A stretch of 32,000 bases of DNA from NCBI GenBank assembly GCA_963677765.1, contig OY782392.1, positions 300,001 to 332,000 on the forward strand, in the 5' to 3' direction. The stretch comes from Candidatus Saccharimonadota bacterium. GTDB taxonomy: Bacteria; Patescibacteriota; Gracilibacteria; BD1-5; UBA6164. The notes under the pieces were generated by a model. It was not told the origin of the DNA and did no database searches. It worked only from the letters and a program-made list of their open reading frames with translations. The position numbers were made by a program, and so were the translations under genes. Shown here piece after piece: positions 9,290 through 19,051 of this stretch. Each line of letters begins with the position of its first letter. Position 1 is the stretch's first letter.

Positions 9290-10126
9290 ATGAAAAAATT
9301 TTCTAGAGAATTAATGTGATCAGTATTGAATATAACAATTTATGATAATAATATAGATTTAGAAATTATAGAAAATTGCTTTTTTGAGACTGAAAAATTT
9401 GAAAAAAAATACTCTAGATTTTTAGAAGATAGTTATTTAAGCTTGTTAAATAAGAATAAAAGTTCTCAAGAAATACCTTGAGAACTTTTATCTATTTTAA
9501 AGCTATCAAATAAAGTTTCACAAATTAGCAAATGATATTTTGATATTACTATACTTCCCTTTTTGGAAAATATCTGATATTGAATCAATAAAGAAGAAAT
9601 GAAGGAAGTATATTGATATAAAAATATAGTCATAAATGACAATACTATCAAGTTGGAAAATTGAGTATCAATAGATATTTGATCTGTATGAAAATGATAC
9701 ATTGTAGATAAAATATATAATATTCTTAATGAAAAATACAATGACTTTGTTATAGATTTTTGATGAGATATAAGAATAAAATGAAAACAAAAAATTTATT
9801 TAGAAGACCCCTTACAACTAAGTAAAAACATATGATATATTGAGTTAGAAAATAGCTCAATAGCATCATCATCTTCTAACAGAAGAAAAACAAAAAAATG
9901 ATGACATTTAATTAACCCCAAAAAAAATATAACAGATGATAAATTAGCAGTATATACTATGCATAAATTATCTAGTTTTTCTGATATATTATCAACTGCA
10001 TTATATGTTAGCCCTATAGAAGTTGCTTTAGATATAGTAAAAAAATCTAAATGACTTGAAGCTATGATTATAATGAAAAATTGAAAAATATATAAAACTA
10101 ATTGATTTAATATTAAAAATATTTAA
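9290..10126 (+). CDS. apbE: ApbE-family FAD:protein FMN transferase (no recognisable signal peptide)
   Basis: 278 aa with TGA=Gly: MKKFSRELMGSVLNITIY...SRFLEDSYLSLLN...SKGYFDITILPFLENIGYG...SIDIGSVGKGYIVDKI...VIDFGGDIRIKG...SSSSNRRKTKKGGHLINPKK...FSDILSTALYV. This matches the ApbE motif series. The start is 4 nt after the lipoprotein stop. Confidence 0.85.
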
Positions 10127-10128
10127 AA

Positions 10129-11631
10129 ATGATAAAAGAAGTAAAAGTAATTCCCTGATGTATTAGTTGTAGAAACTGTGAAAATGTTTGTCCTTCAGTT
10201 TTTAAAGTAAACCCAAAGTCAAAAGTAATTACTGATCAGTATGAATGAAAAGAATCAGAAATTTTACAAGCTGAAGCTATGTGTCCTGTTAATGTTATAA
10301 AAGTAAAACAAGCTGCTGGTTCAGTAAAAATTTCATTCAAAGATGCTACTTTAGTTGAAAAAAATTACCTAACACCAGATACTTTAGAATTAAAATTTAA
10401 TACTAAAAATTTTAAGTTTAAACCTGGTCAATATATTTCTTTACAAGGAAATGATTCTCTATGAAATTTTAGTCGTTCTTATTCAGTTGCAAAGTGAGAT
10501 GATAAGCATTTTACACTAAATATAAAACTTGAAAAAAAATGAAGAGGTTCTACTTTTCTTAAAAATTTAAAAATATGAAAGAGTATAAAATTTTTATGAG
10601 CTATATGAGCTTTTTACTTACAAAATAATAACAAACCAAAAGTATTAATAGCTACTTGAACATGATTAGCTCCTATGGTAGCAATGCTTGATAAAATTGA
10701 TAAAGATGTACAAAAAACTGTTATTTTTTGAGTGAGATATGAAAAAGATGTATATTATAAAGAATTACTTGAAAGTTATCCTAATACTAAAGTAATTATA
10801 AAAGTATCTAGACCAGAAGAGAAAACTATATATAGCAAGTGAAGAGTTACTGATGAAGTAAAAAATATATCAAAAGAATCTGAAGTATATATTTGTTGAA
10901 ATCCAGAAATGGTTGAGCATGTAAGAGAATGATTAGCTGAAAATTGACATGATGAAAAACTTATATTCAATGAAAGCTTTACTATATCTAGAAAATACCC
11001 TTGAAAATGCAAGGATATATTTTTAAATTGAAATATTCCTCATTTAAATAAATTATCTTGGGCAGTTATAATATTTTCTTTAACATTAATACCTTTTAGC
11101 TGGATTTATAATAAAATAAATAATAATCTATACTGAGACTTTTTATTCATAAACAACTATATGGGATTTATGTATGACCTTAGTTGGTGGTCAGTAGTAT
11201 TTGTAATGGCGATTAGACCTCTTGCAGACTTGTTTCCTAAAATTGGTATACTAAGTAAATTAGTTACTTTGAGAAAAGCTTTTTGAATACTATCTGCTTC
11301 AATTATTGTATCAAATTTTGTATGAAGTTCTGTATTTAATATAAATAAATTTTTAACTTATTTTACTATAGCTTGATGGGCTCTATATATGCCTTTGATA
11401 ACTAAATTAAGTGAAATATCTGCATTAATATTATTATTAACATCTAATAAATTATCTCAAAGAACTCTTTGAACTTATTGGAAAAAAATACAAAGATTAA
11501 GTTATATATACTTCATAACATGATGAATAATTGCTTGACTATACTTCCCTATGAAAGTATATCCTGTAATGGCTATAGTTATAATACTATGGTTTGCTGC
11601 TTTAATAAAATCATTAATAAAAAAAGACTAA
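10129..11631 (+). CDS. Fusion protein: ferredoxin (4Fe-4S) + FNR-type FAD/NAD(P)H oxidoreductase + C-terminal MsrQ/YedZ-like (ferric-reductase-type) membrane domain
   Basis: 500 aa, uninterrupted with TGA=Gly. N-terminus has PGCISCRNCENVCP...MCP. The FNR motifs are RSYS, GRGSTFL, IATGTGLAPM and YICGNPEMV. The C-terminal ~200 aa form about 6 TM helices containing AIRPLADL...LRKAFGILSAS and LTSNKLSQRTLGTYWKKIQRLSYIYF, similar to MsrQ. Confidence 0.8.
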
Positions 11632-11650
11632 TTAAAATTAGTCTTTTTTT
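11621..11650 (+). terminator. Intrinsic terminator of the redox module
   Basis: aaaaagacta-attaaaa-ttagtcttttttt. The stem includes the final codons K-D-stop. Confidence 0.75.
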
Positions 11651-11714
11651 ATTAATTTGAATTTAATAGCTAATTTTTTATAATGATATAAATATATAAT
11701 TAAATAATAAAATT

Positions 11715-12683
11715 ATGATTAATAAGCCAAATATTGTTATATCAAAATGTATTAATATAGACAATTGTAGATATAACGGAGATAGAGTTAATGATGATTT
11801 TTTAAACAAATTATGAAAACATGTTAATTTTATTGCTGTATGTCCTGAAGTTGCAATATGATTATGAACACCTAGAATGCCTGTAAAGCTATATTGAAAT
11901 CCTGATAGAAATATAGTAAAAATGTATCAAAGTAGCAAAAAAATTGACTTAACAGATAAAATGAATGATTTTTCTAATAAGTTTTTAAATAAATTAGAGA
12001 ATATAGACTGATTTGTAATGAAAAATAGATCTCCTAGTTGTTGAATAAAAGATGTAAAAGTATATCCTGACTGAGAATCTAAAATAGCTCATGGAAAATC
12101 TAGCTGATTATTTGTAAAAAATATAGAAAATATATTTGAAAATTATCCTTTAGAAGATGAGTGAAGATTAAAAAACTTTAGAATAAGAGAGTCTTTTCTT
12201 ACAAAAATATTTTGTTTAGCAAAATTAAGATGAGTTTTTGAATCATGAAAAATAAGTGAACTACAGAATTTTCAAGCTGAAAATAAATATTTATTTATGG
12301 CTTATTCACCAAAATATCAGGTAGAATTATGAAGAATAATAGCAAGTTATGATAAAACAAATTTTGAAGAAATAAAAAAATACTATCATGAAACTATATT
12401 AAAATTATTTAATAGTAAAAATGATACTTGAAAAATAATAAATGCCTTTACTCATATTTTTTGATATTTTAAAAACTCATGTTCAAAAGAAGAAAAAGAG
12501 TTTTTCCTAGAAACACTTGATCTATATAAAGAATCTAGAATACCAAGTAGTACAATAATAAATATATTAAATATATGGTCAATTAGAGATAAACAAGAAT
12601 ATATATTAAAACAAACAATTTTAAACCCCTACCCTAAAGACTTAATGGAATTAAGTGATAGTTGAAAACTATTAAAATTATAA
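11715..12683 (+). CDS. ybgA: YbgA-like protein (DUF523/TudS-like domain fused to DUF1722)
   Basis: 322 aa: MINKPNIVISKCINIDNCRYNGDRVND...FIAVCPEVAIGLGTPRMPVKL...NRSPSCGIKDVKVY... followed by a DUF1722-like helical half. E. coli ybgA lies upstream of phr, which fits this neighbourhood. Confidence 0.8.
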
Positions 12684-12705
12684 TTTATTTTTTTATTATA
12701 AGATT

Positions 12706-13122
12706 ATGGAAATTATAAAAATATTATGAGTATATTTCATATGATTTTTAACTTTATTAATACTAGATTATTTATGGTTATGAATAGTAACTAAAGATTT
12801 TATAATTAGAGAATTTTGAAGCCTTATAACAGTAGAAGAAAATTGAAGTATAAAGATAAATCTATTAGCTTGAATAATAGCTTGGTTAATAATATCTGCT
12901 ATGATAGTTACTTTTGTAACTCTAAAATACGATAATATATGAGATATTATATTATATTGAGCACTTTTAGGTTTTATGAGTTATGCTATGTATGACTTAA
13001 CAAATCTAACTTTTTTAAATAATTATTCATTAAAATTTACAATTGTAGATATAGCATGGTGAACATTTGTATGAACAATGATAGCTGTAAATAGTTTTTA
13101 CTTTTATAACTATATAAAATAA
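12706..13122 (+). CDS. DUF2177-family small membrane protein
   Basis: 138 aa with about 4 TM helices: MEIIKILGVYFIGFLTLLILDYLWLGIVTKDFIIREFG...YAMYDLTNLTFLNNYS. The family assignment is from memory of its typical sequence and of its co-occurrence with DUF1295 and photolyase genes. Confidence 0.6.
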
Positions 13123-13868
13123 TGGAAATATTAATTTTTATATTCATATTATATATTATATTATTTTTAATAAGTATAAAAATTAAAGATAACTCTATTT
13201 TAGATATATTTTGGTCATTATGATTCGTAATACAAGCTATTTATCTATATATAATAAATCAAGACTTTTCATTGATAAAAAATATAACAATTTTAATTAT
13301 ATTAATATGGTGAATTAGGCTTAGTTATTATATACTAAAAAGAAAGCTAAAGGATAAATCAGAAGATCCTAGATATGCTGAATGGAGAAAAAAATGGAAA
13401 TATTTTTATACTAGAAGCTTTTTTCAAGTTTTTATGTTACAAATATTGTTAATGTTTATTATTTCAACTCCTATATATATAATTTTTTCTTGAAAAGATA
13501 TAAACTTTTATGTTTTTATAATATGAATAACTATATCTATAATATGATTATTATTTGAAATAATATCAGATTCTCAAGTTAAAAAATACATAAAAGAAAA
13601 CTGAAAAAACAACAAAGTTTTTACTTGATGATTATATAAGTACTCTAGAAACCCTAATTACTTTTGAGAAAGTACTTTTTGGTTATGAATAGCTATAATA
13701 TCTAGTTCTATTAGCATATATGGTTTTATTTGATATATAGTAATAACTACTTTATTGCTATTTGTATCATGAGTACCAATGAAAGAAAAAAGGCAATCAA
13801 AAAAAGAAAACTGGAATCAATACAAAGAAAAAACAAGCGTATTTATACCTTGGTTCCCTAAAAAATAA
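13122..13868 (+). CDS. DUF1295 (steroid 5-alpha-reductase-like) membrane protein
   Basis: 248 aa. The ATG overlaps the previous TAA by 1 nt. Contains ...SEDPRYAEWRKKW...ISDSQVKKY...GGLYKYSRNPNYFGESTFWLG..., the NPNYFGE signature of the family. Confidence 0.75.
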
Positions 13869-14090
13869 AAATACCTAGTATATTTTAAATTTTATAAATA
13901 AGTAATAAAAAACGTTAATTTTTAAAACATTCCACTTCGTAAATAAAATATATAAATTTTCAAAAACTTGCCCAATCAAAGATTGGACTTCAAACAGTTT
14001 GAAAATTTATATATTTTATATTTACTTGTTACATTTAAAAATTAAATTTTTTTTATTATCTTATTTAAAAATTAAATACTAGGTATTTTT
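13866..14090. repeat. About 225-bp imperfect palindrome (long inverted repeat) between convergent genes
   Basis: The outer 15 nt, aaaaatacctagtat / atactaggtattttt, are perfectly complementary. An inner perfect 20-nt pair lies at 13945-13964 and 13998-14017. A central mini-hairpin is ccaatc-aaa-gattgg (13972-13986). The arms are about 105 nt and mostly complementary by hand alignment. Confidence 0.8.
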
Positions 14091-15548
14091 ATTTAAGAAA
14101 TTTTCTTTTAATTTTTTAACAGCTTCTATATCAATCTTTTCAAGATTTTTTACAACAAATGGTTGTCTAGTTTTTTTGAAAGTATCAATATTTTCAGATA
14201 CAAAAGACCAATACAAATAATTAAAAGGACAAGAATCACTTTCATACTTATTTTTAACATTATATTCACAATTTGTGCAAAAGTCTGACATTTTGTTAAT
14301 ATAATTTCAACTAGAAATATATGGTTTTGTAGCTAATCTTCATCAATCAGAAAATTGACTCATTCATAATACATTTGGTGAAACTACCCATTCAAAAGCA
14401 TCGCTATATTTTTCAAAGAACCACTTATTAATTTCTAAAGGGGTTACTCAAGTTAATAAGCAATAATTTCATATAACCATAAGTCTTTCTATATGATGTC
14501 AATAACTATTTTCTAAAACTCTTTTAATACTAGTTTTTAAACAATTCATTTTACAACTATCTAAATTTTTTCACCAAAAATATACTGGAAGAGTATTAGA
14601 ATTGTTAAAATAATTATTTTTATAAATATCATCTTTATAAAAATGAAAAAAATGATACATATATTCTCTCCATCAAATAACTTGTCTAATAAATCATTCT
14701 TTGTTATTTATTTCTGTATTTTGATTTTCTATTACAGAAACTACTTCTCTTGGTGACAATAATCAAAAATTTATAGCTGTAGATAAATTAGAATGATAAA
14801 CATAATCATCATTTTCATACATAGCATCCTCCAGTTTTCAAAAGTTTGGAAGATTATTTTTTACAAAATAATTCAATAAAATTATAGACTGTTCCCTATT
14901 TGTAGGATAACTTATAAATCAATCAAAATTATAAAATTTTTTTGCTTCTATTAATCATCTTGTTTCATCTAATATAAGTTGATTAACTGATTTGTGATTT
15001 TTATCAAATCATCTATTATCTTTATCATAATTCCATTTTCATCATATTGGATTATTTCAGTCCATTAAAATATCAAACTTTTTTCTCATATATCTATAAA
15101 AAGTCTCCATAACAGGAGGCTTTTTATATTTTGATAAAAACTCTTTATGACTTAAATAAAAACTTTGATTATCTTCTAAAAAAATTAAATCAATATTATT
15201 TGAAGTTAATTTATCTTTTATCTTTAAAAAATTTTCATAAACATAGTTTTCTACAGGTTTTATAACATAAACTTTTGAGAATCATCATTTATTACAAAAA
15301 TCTAAAATTTCATTGTAATAACTATTTGAGACCTTAAACTCTCATGAAAATCCTTTATTATTTAATTCTTCTATAAAATTATATCACATTGCATAATCAA
15401 ATATTTTTGATTTTATATTCAAACTTAAATTTTCATCATTAAATCTTATATTTCAATTATGATGAATATATAAAAAATACTTTGATAAACTTGTATCAAA
15501 ATAGTTTATATTTATTTGATTATATAATATTAAAAAAAAGCTCTTCAT
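14079..15548 (-). CDS. FeS-BCP type cryptochrome/photolyase ((6-4) photolyase PhrB/CryB-like, iron-sulfur cluster containing)
   Basis: 489 aa: ...GWREYMYHFF...SYGHHIERLMVIGNYCLL...[55 protein letters not shown].... The C-terminal Cys pattern and the PFN.LYW motif are typical of the Fe-S bacterial cryptochrome/photolyase group. TAG at 14079-14081. Confidence 0.85.
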
Positions 15549-15871
15549 TATTTTTTTATTAATTGATTTAATTTATTTTTAGCATCATCTAAATTAGATT
15601 CATAAACAATGATATCATCCTGTAAAATAATTCATTTATCATTATTTTTTAAAAATACTATATTATCCCATCATTTAAAATCACAAACCTTATACCATAT
15701 ATTTAAAAGATTTTCTCTATCTTTAGAGTCTATTTGTAAATATTTATTTTTTAAAGCTAAGTTATACTTTTCTCTTTCATAAGGTCTTAATCTATGTGAT
15801 ATACTTCTAGATCAAATATTAATTCAAGATTTTTTTCATCTAGTTAAATTATCAATATGTTCAAGTTTCAT
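15548..15871 (-). CDS. Hypothetical 107-aa protein translationally coupled to the FeS-BCP gene
   Basis: MKLEHIDNLTRGKKSGINIGSRSISHRLRPYEREKYNLALKNKYLQIDSKDRENLLNIWYKVCDFKGWDNIVFLKNNDKG...*. Its TAA overlaps the downstream ATG by 1 nt (TAATG). No family recognised. Confidence 0.55.
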
Positions 15872-16014
15872 AAAAACTATTTATTAACTAATATTAAAAA
15901 TATATTAAAAAAAAATAATATTTTTGCAAATATACTTAAATATATATAATCTGTATATAGGATTGAAGCCCCTTAGTACATTTAACTATTTTTAAAAAAG
16001 TTATTTGTAAATAA

Positions 16015-17502
16015 ATGAAAAAAGATATACAACTTATTTGGTTTAAAAAAAATCTAAGAATAAAAGACAACGAAGTATTTAATTATTTAGATAGAGATAC
16101 TGAAACAGTCTGATTTTATTTAATAGAAGATGAAATAGTAAGACAAAGAGATTTTTCATACTTTCATTTAAAATTTATTATTGAAAGTCTAATAAACTTA
16201 GAAAAAAATTTAAAAAAACTAAATATAAAACTAATTATAAAAAAATCTAATTTTGAGGATTTTATAATAAATATAGAAAAAGAGTTCAATATAAAAATAA
16301 TAGTTTCAACTCAAGAAACTTGAAATATAGCATCATATAACAGAGATTTAAGAGTTATTAATTTTCTAAAAAATGAATCTATTGATTTTTTAGAAGTGGA
16401 AAATAATTGAGTAGTTAGATGATTAAAAAATAGAGATAACTGGACAAAAATTTGGAATAAAAGAATGTGAAGTGATATTTTTTTAGAAAAGAAATTTAAA
16501 AAATTTAATAATTTTGAGAAAGAGCTAATTCAATCTAAAATAATTCTAGAAAAATATAAAGAAAAAACAAAGCATTTAAAAACTCAAGAATGATGAGAAG
16601 ATAATGCAGTAAAAATTCTAGATAGTTTTTTAGATAATAGGTGTAAAAATTATTCCTATAACATATGAAAACCTTATGAATCAGAACACAGTTGCTCTAG
16701 ATTATCACCATATATAACATATTGAAATATATCAATAAAGTATATTTATCAAAAATCCATAAAAAAAATATTAGAATTAAAGACTGATTTAGATGAAAAT
16801 AATCTCAAAAAAATCAAACAAATAAACTTTTTTTTAGCTAGAATTCATTGGCAATCTCACTTTATCCAAAAACTTGAGTCTCAAGTAGATATTGAGTATA
16901 AAAATTTGAATAAAGAATTTGATAAAATTAGAAATAAATCTGATATAGAAATAATAAATAATTTTTTTAATGCAAAAACTGGTATACCATATTGTGATGC
17001 CGCAATTAAATGTTTAAAAACAACTTGATGGATAAATTTTAGAACAAGAGCATGTTTAGTAAGCTATATATGTAATACAATGATGCAACCATGGCAATCT
17101 ATTTGAAAAAGACTTGCATGCTTATTTACAGATTATGAACCATGAATTCATTATTCACAGTTACAAATGCAATCCTGAACTACAGGAATAAATACCATAA
17201 GAATTTATAATCCAATAAAACAGTCAAAAGAAAAAGATCCTCAATGAAAATTTATAAAAAAATGGATACCAGAATTAAAAGAAATTGATATAAAATATAT
17301 ACATGAACCATGGCTTAGTGATAAAAAAATTGAATGATATAGTAATAAAATTGATATAGAAGAGTTAAACAAAAAAGCAAAAGAAGTATTATGGTCTACA
17401 AAAAAAGAAATAACTAAAGATAAAAAAAATAAAATAATAAAAAAGCATGCTAGTAGAAAAAAAATAAATAATAAAAACAAAAAGCAACTAACAATTTTTT
17501 AA
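16015..17502 (+). CDS. Cryptochrome/photolyase-family protein, divergent subfamily, with lysine-rich C-terminal tail
   Basis: 495 aa: MKKDIQLIWFKKNLRIKDNEVF...SRLSPYITYGNIS...FLARIHWQSHFIQKLE...GIPYCDAAIKCLKTTGWINFRTRACLVSY...[38 protein letters not shown]. The tail is KKEITKDKKNKIIKKHASRKKINNKNKKQ. Confidence 0.8.
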
Positions 17503-17504
17503 AT

Positions 17505-17645
17505 ATGAAAATTTATGAAAGATGACAGTACAAAGAGGCAAAGCTATGCCCTATTTGTAAAAAATATTTTAGTATAAGAAAAAAATGGAAAAATAGTTTT
17601 GAACAAGTAATTTATTGTAGTGATAAATGTAGAAAAAATAAATAA
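17505..17645 (+). CDS. DUF2256 small zinc-ribbon-like protein
   Basis: 46 aa: MKIYERGQYKEAKLCPICKKYFSIRKKWKNSFEQVIYCSDKCRKNK. It has the CxxC...RKKW...YCSxxCR pattern of the DUF2256 proteins that commonly flank photolyase genes. The start is 2 nt after the previous stop. Confidence 0.7.
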
Positions 17646-17731
17646 TTGATATTAGAACTAAAAAAAATATACTATAATTAGTAGACGGATAAAGCTCTCG
17701 CCAATTTGTTTTATCCTATAAAAATAAAAAC

Positions 17732-19051
17732 ATGTACAAAAAATCTATTTTTTGGTTTAGACAAGATTTAAGAACATATGATAATGTTTGACTTTATAAT
17801 GCTGTAAAAAATTCAGAAAAATTATTAGTTATATTTATACTAGATAAAAATATAATAAATGATTTTTTATGATTAAACGATAAAAAATTCTGATTTATAA
17901 GAGAAGCTTTGGAAAGATTGGATTCTGAGATAAAAAGTTTATGATGAGAATGATTAAAAGTTTTTTATGATAAACCTGAAACCTTAATTCCTGAACTAAC
18001 TAAAAAATACAATATAAATGCAGTATTTACTAACAGATCATACTGAAATTATTGAAAAAAAAGAGATGAAAGCATTAAAAATACTTTATCTAAAAGTAAT
18101 ATTGAATTTTTAAGTTATAAGGATTACTTACTAGTAGAACCATGGGAAATAGAACAAAGAAAGGTATTTACACCATTTTATAAACTATGGCAAAAGATAG
18201 ATTTTGATACTAATGAGTACAAAATAACTGATAAAATAGACTCAATAAAAATAGAAGAAAATAATAAGGCAAAAGATTATATTTCTATAGAAAAACATCC
18301 TTATTTTACAATGGATTTTTGAGAAAAAAGACTGGAAAAATACATTACAACTGATTATGATTTATATAGAAATGACTTAGATAAAGACTGAACATCAAAA
18401 CTATCACCATATCTTAGATTTTGAATATTTTCTGTAAGACAAATATATAATTTAGCAAAAAATATTAACCAACATTTTGTTTCAGAAATGGCTTGGAGAG
18501 AATTTTGGCAACATATTGATTACTATTTCCCTGAAACTAAAAAAATAGAATTTCAAGAAAATAAAAGACATATAAAATGGAGACATGATGAATACTTATT
18601 TGAAAAATGGTGTAATTGAGAAACTTGATATCCTGTTGTTGATGCTGCAATGAAACAATTAGTAGAAACCAATTGGATGCACTGAAGAGCTCGTATGATA
18701 GTTTCTAGTTTTCTAACAAAAGATTTACTTATAGATTGGAGATGGTGAGAAAAGTTTTTTAAAAAACATTTACTAGATTATGATGAAAATGTAAATTATT
18801 GAAACTGGCAATGGTGAGCATCTGTATGAGCTGATCCAAAGCCATTACGTATATTTAATCCTATACTTCAATCACAAAAATTTGATAGCCAAGCTAAGTT
18901 TATAAAAAAATATATACCTGAACTAATAAACCAAAATACAAAAGCTATCCATGACCCAATAGATAATGAATTAGATTATACTAGAATAATAGTTAATCAT
19001 AAAGAGGCTCAAAGAGAAACTAGATTAGTTTATAAATGAGAAAAAGACTAA
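17732..19051 (+). CDS. phr: Deoxyribodipyrimidine photolyase (class I-like or Cry-DASH-like CPF member)
   Basis: 439 aa: MYKKSIFWFRQDLRTYDNVGLYNA...TSKLSPYLRFGIFSVRQ...MAWREFWQHI...[37 protein letters not shown]...[31 protein letters not shown]. Confidence 0.88.

Noticed and set aside
9466-9741. 91-aa minus-strand ORF
   Set aside because: It is antisense to the ApbE gene, which translates with all ApbE motifs on the plus strand under table 25.
10776-11012. 78-aa minus-strand ORF, and the 63-aa plus-strand ORF at 11469-11660
   Set aside because: The first is antisense to the ferredoxin-FNR-MsrQ-like gene and the second is out of frame within it. The frame starting at 10129 carries the conserved motifs.
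15872-16014. Possible light-regulator operator in the divergent CPF promoter region (short tgta/taca inverted repeat around 15951-15988)
   Set aside because: Only about 4-5 bp of symmetry in AT-rich DNA, which is not distinguishable from chance without comparative data.
17241-17480. 79-aa minus ORF, and similar minus ORFs at 19176-19550 and 20448-20705
   Set aside because: They are F/L/I-rich antisense artefacts opposite the lysine-rich (AAA/AAG) coding regions of the CPF protein and the OLD nuclease.
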